NCBI RefSeq assembly: GCF_000015225.1
Contig: NC_008698.1
Span: 660,001-692,000, forward strand
Direction: 5' to 3'
Source of the DNA: Thermofilum pendens Hrk 5
GTDB taxonomy: Archaea > Thermoproteota > Thermoprotei > Thermofilales > Thermofilaceae
DNA: 32,000 bases
Shown: piece after piece, positions 23,463 through 32,000 of the stretch
Layout: the number at the start of each line of letters is the position of its first letter
How positions within the stretch are numbered: position 1 is the first letter of the stretch
Translations under genes and position numbers: made by a program
Notes under the pieces: generated by a model
Seen by the model: the letters and a program-made list of their open reading frames with translations, nothing else
Told to the model about the DNA's origin: nothing
Databases searched by the model: none

Positions 23463-23490
23463 AGAAGCTAGTATATTACGCCTAGCTTCT
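23463..23490. terminator. Perfect 9-bp inverted repeat (AGAAGCTAG-n10-CTAGCTTCT) between convergent genes
   Basis: Arms are at 23463-23471 and 23482-23490 with loop TATATTACGC. It sits between the eL13 stop (23440) and the stop of the minus-strand Zn-ribbon gene (23558). Confidence 0.35.
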
Positions 23491-23557
23491 AGCTCTTACA
23501 CCTTTCCACCAGGCTTCTCCGACAACACGAAGCTGACTAATGCTTCTGCAACGAGAC

Positions 23558-23746
23558 CTAGCGCAAGTCGCCTATATACTTCTTTACGTACTCCTCGACT
23601 ATCTTCTCCGAGTGCTCGATGACGAGCCTGGAGCCGCACTTAAAGCAGTAGTACTTTCCCTCTATCTTCGCGAAAACATCCCTGCTACCGCATACAGAGC
23701 ACCGAGGCTCCGGTCCCGCCACCCGGCTCTCCGAAGTAGCGCTCAT
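23558..23746 (-). CDS. Small zinc-ribbon protein
   Basis: 62 aa with CSVCG-x14-CFKCG (CxxC...CxxC). Confidence 0.5.
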   Translation of the reverse strand: MSATSESRVAGPEPRCSVCGSRDVFAKIEGKYYCFKCGSRLVIEHSEKIVEEYVKKYIGDLR

Positions 23747-23841
23747 AGCCTCAAACCTAGACGACCATCTCTGCCTAGGGATAAACGTTTCGTTCGTAAA
23801 GCTCCGGTAACTTTATAAGCTCTAGCTGGGCGAAGTGCTTG

Positions 23842-24183
23842 ATGTCCATACAGGTAAGAGGTCAAGGAAGAACGAGGTTCATGCAGCCCATCGAGCACCT
23901 CAGGAATCAGAGCGGGAAAGGAGTCTTCGTGAAGCTAAAGGATGGTAGCGAGTACATGGGGAAGTTGCGCATGACGGACGCCGCCATGAACCTAGTGCTA
24001 GACGACGCAAAGGAGCTCACAGAGACAAACAAGGTTGTCGCGCAGCTAGGCACCGTGTTCATACGTGGTAGCAACCTTCTCTTCGTGTCGCTGGAGCCTG
24101 AGAAAGTCACATTCTTCGAGCCCCAACAGGAGCAGCGGGGGCAGGCACGAGAGGAAGATATGAACGACAGTAATTCACAGTAA
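23842..24183 (+). CDS. Sm-like (LSm/SmAP) RNA-binding protein with C-terminal extension
   Basis: Sm1-like VFVKLKDGSEYMGKLRMTDAAMNLVLDDA and Sm2 VFIRGSNLLFVS. A TTTATAA box at 23812-23818 is centred 27 nt upstream of ATG 23842, consistent with a leaderless mRNA. The track starts at TTG 23839. Confidence 0.8.
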   Translation: MSIQVRGQGRTRFMQPIEHLRNQSGKGVFVKLKDGSEYMGKLRMTDAAMNLVLDDAKELTETNKVVAQLGTVFIRGSNLLFVSLEPEKVTFFEPQQEQRGQAREEDMNDSNSQ

Positions 24184-24218
24184 ACATTATAAGTTGACGG
24201 CAAGCCCCCCTGTTCTTG

Positions 24219-25439
24219 ATGAGCGCGAAGAACATAGTTGTTGAGAAATCGAGCTACATCCCGCCGAGCAGGCTCCCCGTAGAGATAGTGGAGCGGAAGG
24301 GGACGGGCCACCCAGACTACATTGCAGACTCCATTTCGGAGGCAGCGAGCAGGGAGCTATCAAGGTACTACCTAGAGCACTACGGGGCAATACTACACCA
24401 CAACCTCGACAAGGTTCTAGTCGTCGGGGGACAGTCTAGCCCCAGGTTCGGGGGCGGGGAGGTAGTCCAGCCCATATACATACTCGTATCCGGGAGAGCG
24501 ACCACGGAGGTAGTCTCGGAAGGAGGCAGGGAGAGCGTGCCCGTCGGCCCGATCATACTCAAGGCGACCCGCGACTGGATAAAGAGCAACATCAGGTTCC
24601 TGGACCCCGATACCCACGTCATCGTAGACTACAGGGTAGGCAAGGGCTCCGCAGACCTCGTGGACATATACAACCGCAGGGGGAGCTATCCCGGGGCGAA
24701 CGACACCTCGATGGGTATAGGCTACGCACCCCTCTCGCCGACCGAGAGAGCCGTCCTGGAGACCGAGAGGTTGCTGAACTCCGAGAAGGTTAAGAAGGAG
24801 CTACCGGCCGTCGGGGAGGACGTAAAGGTCATGGGGGTCAGGAAGGGCAACAAGCTAACGCTCACGGTCGCCATGGCCGTGATATCGAGGTTCGTCCACA
24901 GCACCGAGGAGTACCTCTCCCTGAAGGAGGAGGTGAAAAAGCTCGTAAAGGAGCACGCCGCTAGCATCACGGATCTAGACGTGGAAGTCTACGTAAACAC
25001 GGGCGACGACCCCTCCAGGGGGGACAAGGGAGGGCTCTACCTCACGGTCACGGGGACCTCGGCCGAGCACGGAGACGACGGGGCCACGGGGAGGGGTAAC
25101 AGGGCGAACGGGCTCATAACGCCCTTCAGACCTATGTCCCTGGAGGCGACCGCAGGCAAGAACCCCGTCAGCCACATAGGGAAGCTGTACAACGTCGTAG
25201 CTTTCCAGGCGGCAAGCGAGATATGCGGGTTAGACCACGTCAACGAGGTCTACATCAAGCTGATAAGCCAGATAGGGAAGCCGATAAACCAGCCTCTACT
25301 AGCCTACATAGCCATAAACGCCCCCGACGACGTCCTCGCCCGCGTAAAGCACCAGGCAGAGGAAGTTCTAGCAAAGCACCTAGACAGGATAAACGTGCTC
25401 TGGGAAAGCATACTGAAGGGAAACGTGTCCCTGTTCTAG
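24219..25439 (+). CDS. mat: Archaeal-type S-adenosylmethionine synthetase
   Basis: [36 protein letters not shown] and [11 protein letters not shown] match the archaeal MAT family pattern. Length is about 406 aa, with ATG at 24219 (the track starts at TTG 24216). Confidence 0.9.
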   Translation: MSAKNIVVEKSSYIPPSRLPVEIVERKGTGHPDYIADSISEAASRELSRYYLEHYGAILHHNLDKVLVVGGQSSPRFGGGEVVQPIYILVSGRATTEVVSEGGRESVPVGPIILKATRDWIKSNIRFLDPDTHVIVDYRVGKGSADLVDIYNRRGSYPGANDTSMGIGYAPLSPTERAVLETERLLNSEKVKKELPAVGEDVKVMGVRKGNKLTLTVAMAVISRFVHSTEEYLSLKEEVKKLVKEHAASITDLDVEVYVNTGDDPSRGDKGGLYLTVTGTSAEHGDDGATGRGNRANGLITPFRPMSLEATAGKNPVSHIGKLYNVVAFQAASEICGLDHVNEVYIKLISQIGKPINQPLLAYIAINAPDDVLARVKHQAEEVLAKHLDRINVLWESILKGNVSLF

Positions 25440-27424
25440 AGGCGCCCGGCGGAAAGCCCCTCCAACTCCCTCTTTCTCTGCAACCTGTAGTCCTCCAGGA
25501 GGCGCCTAAGCCTCTCCTTATCGGCGTCGCGCGAAGCAGTGGCGGCGCCGAGCGCTGTCTCGGCAGGCACGAAGACGAAGGGTCCAACCTCGGCTAAAGG
25601 CTTAACCTCTCCGAGGGCGACCGGAACCACGCCGAGCGGGAGCCTCTCGGCGGCCCCGCGCGCCGCCCCCTCGAAGAAGGCGATGAGATGAGAGCCCGGC
25701 GGCTTCAGCTCCTCGAGAACCCTCCTCAGGGAGTCGGACGGCAACTGCTTGTCAACGTAGACCGCCGGAACCCTCGCGGCGCCACGTTCGAGGACGTAGG
25801 AAAGCCTCACCGCGACTACCGCCTCCCCGGAGAGGTAGGAGAGCAACGCGTCGCCCAGGGACTCCAGCGCCCTCTCCTTTTCTGCTAGCTCCCTCCTGAA
25901 GGAGTCTAGCTCCGACTGGAGTAGCTCTATCCTCGCCCGGAGCTTCGCGTACTCCGACTCGAGGCCCCTCGCGACCTCCCTAGCCCTCAGCAGCCCCCTA
26001 AGCGCCTCCTCGCTCCTCCTAGCCCTCTCCTCCGCCTCCTCAAGCCTCCGCCTAAGCTCGACGTTCTCCCGGAGGAGCTCCGAGAGGGCGCGCCGTACCT
26101 CCTCCAGCTCCTCCTCGACCCTCCGGGGCTCCTCCGCCTCCTTCTGGAGCTCGATCCTCGGGATCTTCACCCCCACCTGCCTCCTCAGAGCCTCCTCGAC
26201 GGCGAGGGCCACGGGCTTACCCTTTACCGCGAGGAGCTTCGCCTCGTCCAGGGAGAACGGCACCCCGTACCTAGCAGCCTCCCTCTCCACCTCCTCGAAG
26301 AGCTCCCTGTAGGACAGGAAAGCCTTGTAGGCGGCGGCTAGGGAGTCCCTCTCGTGGGAAGTCCTAAGCCTCACCCCCTGCTGCCCCGCGGCCTCCAGCG
26401 CGAGCCTCCGCTTCTCCTCCACGCTCAGCGAGCGGCTGGGGACGTACAGCACGGCGCCGAGCGTCGACGCCAGCTTCTTCACGTAGGCGGGTGGAGGGTT
26501 AACGTCCGTCGCGACTATAGCCGGCCTCCCGAAGCCGTAGAGCTCCCTGACGAGCTGCCCCCTGCCGAGGAGCCTCCTGCTGTCGACCGCGAGCACCCTC
26601 CCGGAGAAGTCCAGCACGGCGAAGCCCGTGGCCATCCCCGGGTCGACGCCCACTATGAGGAGGCGCTCCTGGGAGAGCGCCCTGTGGAGCCTGGAGCCCA
26701 GGGGCCTGAACTCCACCCTATCCCTCCTCGCAGGCTCCACCCTGACGAAGAGGTCGTGCCCCTCCTCGCTCTTAACGACGCCGTTGAGTTCCTCGCGCGG
26801 CGCGTACACGATGAACGTCGCGCCGACGAGCCCCTCCCCGCTCTTCCTGGGGAAAACGTCGAAGTCGAGCCCCTTTCTCTGTAGCGCCTCCGCTATCTCC
26901 CTAACCTTCCGCTTCACGAGGACCTCGATGCCCCTCTTGAACCTCTCCCTGCTCATCCCTCCCTGCCCGGGCACCCTGCCGCGGCCAACGTGCACCACCG
27001 TCTCGTCGTGAAAGACGAGGACCTCGCTACCGACGCCGGCGTACGCGAGTAGGGCGCACGCCTCCGCCGTCCCGAGGGGGTCGAGCCTACCCCTACACAG
27101 CCCCGTAACGGCGCAGAGGGTCTCGACGCTAACCTCCTCGCCGTTGACGACTGTCACCTGGATCAGGCGCGGCGGCCTCCCCGGGAACAGCCTCAAGAAC
27201 TCCGCGAGCCCCTCCACGGTGGGCGCCAGCTCGAACACGTTGTCCAGCGCCAGCGCCTCGACCCCGCCCGAGGTGGCGAGCCTCACGACGTCCTCTAGGG
27301 AGGCTTCCCGAACCCTCTGCTCCACCCTGCCGTCCACCAGGAGCACGGCGGCGAAGAGGTGTTGCCTCCCGAGGGGAGAGCTACCCGGCAGTATATCCAG
27401 CCCTAGCACCCGCCTGAACGCCAC
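25436..27424 (-). CDS. Conserved archaeal protein of the COG2433/DUF460 type (RNase H-fold domain + long coiled coil)
   Basis: 662 aa. The central LLIVGVDPGMATGFAVLDFSGRVL...PAIVATDVNPPPAYVKKLA resembles the RuvC/YqgF-like core of DUF460 proteins. An Arg/Glu-rich coiled coil of about 110 aa follows. The family call is from memory of the pattern, not a search. Confidence 0.6.
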   Translation of the reverse strand: MAFRRVLGLDILPGSSPLGRQHLFAAVLLVDGRVEQRVREASLEDVVRLATSGGVEALALDNVFELAPTVEGLAEFLRLFPGRPPRLIQVTVVNGEEVSVETLCAVTGLCRGRLDPLGTAEACALLAYAGVGSEVLVFHDETVVHVGRGRVPGQGGMSRERFKRGIEVLVKRKVREIAEALQRKGLDFDVFPRKSGEGLVGATFIVYAPREELNGVVKSEEGHDLFVRVEPARRDRVEFRPLGSRLHRALSQERLLIVGVDPGMATGFAVLDFSGRVLAVDSRRLLGRGQLVRELYGFGRPAIVATDVNPPPAYVKKLASTLGAVLYVPSRSLSVEEKRRLALEAAGQQGVRLRTSHERDSLAAAYKAFLSYRELFEEVEREAARYGVPFSLDEAKLLAVKGKPVALAVEEALRRQVGVKIPRIELQKEAEEPRRVEEELEEVRRALSELLRENVELRRRLEEAEERARRSEEALRGLLRAREVARGLESEYAKLRARIELLQSELDSFRRELAEKERALESLGDALLSYLSGEAVVAVRLSYVLERGAARVPAVYVDKQLPSDSLRRVLEELKPPGSHLIAFFEGAARGAAERLPLGVVPVALGEVKPLAEVGPFVFVPAETALGAATASRDADKERLRRLLEDYRLQRKRELEGLSAGRL

Positions 27425-27490
27425 AGCCCCGACAAGAGTTAGCCCCCCGCTCCCCGATATATACCTGACGCGCGCTCGTGCCTTTTACCG

Positions 27491-28396
27491 CTAGGGAGCG
27501 GGCGCCCCGTGCTTGGCTAGCACGCTTTCTACTAGCCTCTTTGCGCGCTCGGCGGGGACTCCATACTTCCTGGAGAAGAACGAGGCGAGCCTTTCGAGGT
27601 CCCTCCTCAGGTAGAACCCCGCCGAGGGGTGGCTACTCGGGACCCACTGCGGCCAGTCTATGAGCACGGGCTTCTCGCCCTCCGCTACGAGGACGTTGTA
27701 CTCGCTGAGGTCCCCGTGGACAACCCCCGCCTCGTAAGCCTTCCCCACCTCCCCGACCGCGGCGGCGAGGAAGCCCTCAGGGTCTCCCAGCTCGGGCAGG
27801 GTGTAGAGCTCGACACCCTCGACGTAGCCAGCTACAACGACATGCCTGTTCCAGTCCACGGGTTCGGGGACGGATACGCCGCCCTTCCAGAGAATCCTCA
27901 ACGCCTCGAACTCGCTCTTTGCGGCTAGGCGCGCCTGGTAGAGCCACGAGACGTGCCTCTTGTCGGCGGCGTACCCCCTCACCCTTTTTGTCTTCCTGAA
28001 GCTCGTGCGGCCCGCCCTGTGGAACTTCACGGCGACAACCCTGCCGCCCGGAGTCTTCCCGAGGTACACCTCGCTCTCCTTGCCCTCCCCCTGGGGCGAG
28101 GTCGAAAGCTCGCTGAGAGTGCCCCTCTTCACGAGCACGTACAGGGCGAGCGCGTCGTACCCCCTCGTCGTCAGTATGTAACCCGTGAACGGCCCCCTGT
28201 ACCGCTGGACGAGCCCTAGGCCGTTGAGCCTTTTAAGCCTCTCCGCCGCGTAGTCGGCGTCGAGCCCCGAGATAGAGGCTACGAGCTCAACGTCGACGTA
28301 CTCGTGGTTAATCATACCCCTCTCCACGGCTACGAGCAACCGGTAATCGTCGAGCCTCAACACTTTGAGAGCTTCCACCGCGAACCTTACGCTCAC
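27491..28396 (-). CDS. rio2: RIO-type serine protein kinase Rio2 (N-terminal wHTH + RIO domain)
   Basis: N-terminal wHTH (LDDYRLLVAVERGM...LVQRY), then GEGKESEVY (P-loop), VAVKFHR (Lys), VHGDLSEYNVLV (catalytic loop) and IDWPQ (metal-binding loop). Confidence 0.85.
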   Translation of the reverse strand: MSVRFAVEALKVLRLDDYRLLVAVERGMINHEYVDVELVASISGLDADYAAERLKRLNGLGLVQRYRGPFTGYILTTRGYDALALYVLVKRGTLSELSTSPQGEGKESEVYLGKTPGGRVVAVKFHRAGRTSFRKTKRVRGYAADKRHVSWLYQARLAAKSEFEALRILWKGGVSVPEPVDWNRHVVVAGYVEGVELYTLPELGDPEGFLAAAVGEVGKAYEAGVVHGDLSEYNVLVAEGEKPVLIDWPQWVPSSHPSAGFYLRRDLERLASFFSRKYGVPAERAKRLVESVLAKHGAPAP

Positions 28397-28434
28397 AAAA
28401 GAAGCTCGCCGCGCGAATCTAAATCTTTACCGTC

Positions 28435-29151
28435 CTAGGGCCCGAGGAATGCTCCCAGCCCCGCCCTCCTGACCTCGATTATTACCGCGGACTTCACCGC
28501 GGGTAGGGAGACGTTGTAGACAGGGGTGGAGCCTATGTAGTCCCTGTGGACGACGCTCCTGTGGAGGTGCCCGTGGACTACGAGGTCAACCCCGGAGCCA
28601 GCGACTACGCCGGCGAGCCTAGCGGAGGACATCTCCTCCCAGAACCTCGGGTCCTCCCCCCTCAGCGTGCCGCACCTCGGCGGGTAGTGCGTGACGAGGA
28701 TCTTCAGCGAGCCGGAGGGGTGCGAGAGGAGCTCCCGGACCCTCTCGAGCCTAGCCTCGTACACGCCCCGTATACCCGGGACGTTCCTCTCCTGCCACCT
28801 GGTAGGCCTGTCCAGGACGCCCGGGGTGCCGACGATCCTGACGCGGGTACCCCCGACCTCCACGTCGACAGCCTCGTCCTCGAGCCACACGACCTCCGTG
28901 CACTCCTCCCTGATCCTACCCCTAACCTCCTCGAAGTCCTCGTTCCCGAAGGTACCGTAGGCCGGCACCCCCGGGAGGAACCGCCTCAGAACGGCTTCAA
29001 CCTGCCTGCAAGCCGCCCACTCCCCCCTCGCCACCACGTCCCCGGCGACGAGCACGAGCTCCACGCCTTCAAGCCTAAGCCTGCCGAGAGACTCCGCGAG
29101 CAACGAGACGTGCTTAGGCGCGTGTGTATCAGCGAACGCCAGAACCCTCAT
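28435..29151 (-). CDS. Calcineurin-like metallophosphoesterase
   Basis: Motifs FADTHA (DxH), AGDVV (GD), FGNED (GNH/E) and VHGHLH (GHxH) occur in canonical order. 238 aa. Confidence 0.75.
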   Translation of the reverse strand: MRVLAFADTHAPKHVSLLAESLGRLRLEGVELVLVAGDVVARGEWAACRQVEAVLRRFLPGVPAYGTFGNEDFEEVRGRIREECTEVVWLEDEAVDVEVGGTRVRIVGTPGVLDRPTRWQERNVPGIRGVYEARLERVRELLSHPSGSLKILVTHYPPRCGTLRGEDPRFWEEMSSARLAGVVAGSGVDLVVHGHLHRSVVHRDYIGSTPVYNVSLPAVKSAVIIEVRRAGLGAFLGP

Positions 29152-29669
29152 GTAGGCCCCCTCCTACGGTAGAAGTACACCGCGTCACCCGACGACTCCA
29201 CGACGCCCTCGAGCACGAGCCACCCCGGCACCTCCAGCCCCCCGGGCAGCAACCTTTCCTTCACGCTCACAACGAGCACACCCTCCGCCTTCACGAGGCC
29301 CGCGAGGACGCCCAGAGCCCCCGGAGCCTCGTGCACAGCTGTCACACACGCAACGCCGTCGAATGCCAACTCCCTAAACGGGGGCAACTGCATGTCCGCC
29401 TGCACCGCGTCGCAGAAACACCTACGCCGCGCCCTAAAAACTTCCAGCATACCCCGGCTAGAGTCGAGGCACACGTAGTAGGAGCCCCCCAGGAACTCCG
29501 AGAGAATACCCGTACCACACCCAGCGTCCAGCACGACAGGCAACCCCTTAAGCGCCGACGACGCCGCCAAGTTCTTCTTGTACTGCTCAGCCCCGTAAAG
29601 CTCCTCGTACACAGGCGCAAGCTCGTCGTAGCCCAAGCTCACGGCGAGAATAAAGGAAAACCAACACAT
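29148..29669 (-). CDS. Class I SAM-dependent methyltransferase
   Basis: Motif I VLDAGCGTG, with post-I and motif II-like elements (YVCLDSS; FDGVACV). ATGA overlap with the downstream phosphoesterase gene at 29148-29151. Confidence 0.7.
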   Translation of the reverse strand: MCWFSFILAVSLGYDELAPVYEELYGAEQYKKNLAASSALKGLPVVLDAGCGTGILSEFLGGSYYVCLDSSRGMLEVFRARRRCFCDAVQADMQLPPFRELAFDGVACVTAVHEAPGALGVLAGLVKAEGVLVVSVKERLLPGGLEVPGWLVLEGVVESSGDAVYFYRRRGPT

Positions 29670-29823
29670 ATTTCTGTCGCACGCGCGGAAACCCGGTGTT
29701 CCCGGAGGGGTATAGACTATGGGCTAAAAGGTATACGTTTACAGACGAGTTCTAAATCACAGAAAAAGTCGCCGATAAATACCCCGGGCCCCGCCAAAGC
29801 CCCGACCCCGAAAAGGGGGAAAG

Positions 29824-32000
29824 ATGCATATGAGTAGGAAAACCCTATTAGGAATACTGGCAGTACTCGCAATACTAGCACTAGCCGCAAACACATATGC
29901 CTACCCGGTTAAGAGCGCATACAACATACTCCAGCTTCCCAACGGACAGCCCTTCGCGAACCAGCAGGTAATAATTGTCTACTTCAACGAGACCGGGAAC
30001 TGTATACTTGCCTATGCTATAGGCACGACGGACTCCACCGGGAAGATAACACTCACAATCGCGCAGCCCGGCGGAGTGATAAACCAGCCGACTAGTGGTA
30101 CATACAACATGTCCGTCTTCTGGCAGGCCTACGGTAGAACATTCCTGCTTTACACCACAGGAAGTGGTCAAAGTGGAAACACAGTCCTGGGGCTTTTGAA
30201 TAGCACAATTACACTGAACTACATTTGGAACTTCACATTCCAAGCTGTAACCATGATTAACGGGCAAACGGTGCCTCTCTACTTCCAGGATCCTGAGGAT
30301 GCTACGAGGGCGGACGTAGCATACTTCGAGGTATACCTCTACGGTAAGACGGGCGCGCCCATATTCACCTCTGTCGGCGACAGTCAAGGAAAGTCTCAGG
30401 GCTGGGTTCTAGTTCCTATCTACGAGGTTAACATCAAGCCGACGCTTTCTCCTCAGTGCTACCACATTGAGAAGCAGTGGAACGTCGCGCTGTACAAGGA
30501 GGTGTACTGGCTACTCGACCAGGGACAAGGACAGAAGTTAAAGGTGCTCGTTGGGAAGGAGAACGTCACCCTCAGCTACGACTCTGCTACTGACACCTTA
30601 ACCGCGACTGTAAAGGACCTGGCAACAGGCACCACGTCCACCCAGACGTTCACGGATGCCGGCCATATAGGCACGCTTGTTGATAACGCGCACACGTTCC
30701 TTCTCCAGGTCGCTGTCAAGGATATATGCGGTAATTCGCTGAACAACTGGCAGAACCCACCGATAAGCATAGAGCTGACCTCGCCGAGCCTAGGCAAGCT
30801 CAGGGCAGGCAAAGCCAACCCGAGCGGAGTAGCGCCAGAGGAAGGCTATTCGTTTGGCGGTAGCGTCTACTTCTGGTTGCCGGACCTCACGCTGATCTAC
30901 AAGGAGAAGATGGGCATCGCCGCCGAAATAGGCGGAATCCAGGTATTCTCCGAAGCATTTAACACGACAACGACGGGTAGCATTACCTACACTAAACCCG
31001 TATCCTTCACCCCGTTCACTCTAACCGGAAGCAACGGAGTATACACTGCTACGATAAAGGTAAGCATCGTACCAACAAAGATAACGATCAAGACGAGCGG
31101 CCTCATAGCCGTTCAGCCGCTCCAGGGCGCTATCGTGCAGATAAGCCCACTTGTCGGCGACCCCAACACCTACACCGACGCTAACGGAAACGTGGCCCTA
31201 ATGCCGTTCCAGATAGTTGGAGGAGGAACTGTCGGCGACGGATCCGGGAAGCCGATAATCGTACGCTCGGGAGCGACGAACCCAGGCTACCTGCCCGTAC
31301 CCTACGGGCTGTGGAGCACCGGTAAAGTCTTCACGTACACTGTCCGCGTGCTCTGGGCGCTACCCGGCACCGAGTACTACGTCGACGTAACGCCGGACGC
31401 TAACACAATAGAGCTCAACCTGACGAAGGCCATTGAAACCGGATGCACGGTGCAGAGCTTCGTGCTGTTCGCTAAGGTGTACGTGGTCAACATGAAGGCC
31501 GTTGACCTCTGCAACAGGCCGATAACGAGTGCAGACGACCCCAACGCGACGCTTATACTCACGTACACAACGCCGGACGGGCAGACAGTCCAGTTCCCCG
31601 CAGGGCTCGGTAGCAACGGTACAACGTTCGCTGCTTTCGTACCTGGAGGAAGCTTCGCCGTCAAGCTGTTCTTCAAGGGAGTCCTCCTGGACCCCGTCTC
31701 CGGTCCTAACCCGCTCGTAGTAAGCGGGAACATCGGTAACATCAGTAAGGCTACCTACACGTTCCCGATAGGCGACTTAACGCTGAGGATCACGCCGTGG
31801 GACGTCAAAGAGCCGCTAGTCAACGTATCCGTGCTCCTAGAGTACTTCAAGGCAGGCGCTAGGACCTATTATGAGAGCCATGTAACAGGCTGCGACGGCA
31901 CGGTCACGTTCACCAAGGTGCCCTTCAAGGTCGCCGCGAACAGCAAGATAACCGTGACTATAACCACTAGGCCCGATACCCCGTACATACGCCACCCCAA
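29824..32000 (+). CDS. Large secreted, N-glycosylation-sequon-rich surface protein, 5' partial (possible S-layer or cell-surface glycoprotein)
   Basis: It is absent from the ORF track because it has no stop in the window. I translated frame 1 codon by codon from ATG 29824 (second ATG 29830) to 32000 without meeting a stop (more than 725 codons). The N-terminus MHMSRKTLLGILAVLAILALAANTYA/YP is signal-peptide-like. Sequons are NET, NMS, NST, NFT, NVT, NTT, NLT, NAT, NGT, NIS and NVS. Beta-sandwich-type motifs recur (TDSTGKITLTI, TDANGNVALMP, CDGTVTFTKV). Minus-strand ORFs 29881..30387, 30576..30818 and 31377..31742 are antisense shadows. Confidence 0.8.
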   Translation, partial: MHMSRKTLLGILAVLAILALAANTYAYPVKSAYNILQLPNGQPFANQQVIIVYFNETGNCILAYAIGTTDSTGKITLTIAQPGGVINQPTSGTYNMSVFWQAYGRTFLLYTTGSGQSGNTVLGLLNSTITLNYIWNFTFQAVTMINGQTVPLYFQDPEDATRADVAYFEVYLYGKTGAPIFTSVGDSQGKSQGWVLVPIYEVNIKPTLSPQCYHIEKQWNVALYKEVYWLLDQGQGQKLKVLVGKENVTLSYDSATDTLTATVKDLATGTTSTQTFTDAGHIGTLVDNAHTFLLQVAVKDICGNSLNNWQNPPISIELTSPSLGKLRAGKANPSGVAPEEGYSFGGSVYFWLPDLTLIYKEKMGIAAEIGGIQVFSEAFNTTTTGSITYTKPVSFTPFTLTGSNGVYTATIKVSIVPTKITIKTSGLIAVQPLQGAIVQISPLVGDPNTYTDANGNVALMPFQIVGGGTVGDGSGKPIIVRSGATNPGYLPVPYGLWSTGKVFTYTVRVLWALPGTEYYVDVTPDANTIELNLTKAIETGCTVQSFVLFAKVYVVNMKAVDLCNRPITSADDPNATLILTYTTPDGQTVQFPAGLGSNGTTFAAFVPGGSFAVKLFFKGVLLDPVSGPNPLVVSGNIGNISKATYTFPIGDLTLRITPWDVKEPLVNVSVLLEYFKAGARTYYESHVTGCDGTVTFTKVPFKVAANSKITVTITTRPDTPYIRHP

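Noticed and set aside
1-32000. Search for CRISPR arrays, tRNA genes and C/D-box sRNAs.
   Set aside because: I saw no regularly spaced repeats. There were no T-loop-like GTTCRAATC motifs outside coding sequence. Intergenic regions lacked TGATGA...CTGA box pairs on either strand. The scan was by eye only, so small RNAs could have been missed.

Overview
The window looks like chromosomal DNA from a GC-rich hyperthermophilic crenarchaeon, probably Desulfurococcales or Pyrodictiaceae-like. This is inferred from gene content: TFE, ribosomal protein eL13, archaeal-type SAM synthetase, Rio2, geranylgeranyl reductase, an Sm protein, a stand-alone 5S rRNA, TATA boxes about 27 nt upstream of start codons, and frequent ATGA/GTGA gene overlaps. 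Coding density is high. The left flank (1-8.8 kb) holds housekeeping genes: tfe, an HTH protein, an ECF-transporter energizing module (A-A'-T), an Obg-family GTPase, an oxidoreductase, an orphan 5S rRNA with its own promoter, and a geranylgeranyl reductase. The centre (8.8-22.9 kb) is a block of lineage-specific genes. Its core is two back-to-back operons around a 100-bp palindrome-bearing control region. One operon (15270->9256, minus strand) encodes a VirB2/CedA1-like two-helix pilin candidate, a CedA/VirB6-sized polytopic membrane protein, an 865-aa membrane protein with a glycosylation-sequon-rich ectodomain, a membrane-anchored protein, and a minimal VirB4/HerA-type ATPase. The other (15350->19017, plus strand) encodes a ParA-like ATPase, a coiled-coil protein, a VirB11/FlaI-family ATPase and a compact 4-Cys XPD-like helicase. 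I read this as a chromosomal Ced/T4SS-like DNA-transfer apparatus coupled to a cytoplasmic DNA-handling module not described for Ced, and it is the strongest candidate for something new. A second small cluster (19.1-22.9 kb) has two paralogous coiled-coil/SHOCT-like proteins, a 4-Cys domain shared across a divergent gene pair, and a 488-aa polytopic membrane protein. The right flank holds eL13, a Zn-ribbon protein, an Sm protein, SAM synthetase, a COG2433/DUF460-type protein, Rio2, a metallophosphoesterase and a methyltransferase. It ends with the 5' 2.2 kb of a large signal-peptide-bearing, sequon-rich surface (possibly S-layer) protein gene that is missing from the ORF track because it runs off the window. 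I found no CRISPR array, tRNA, integrase or transposase. All homology calls rest on motif recognition by eye and no database search was run.
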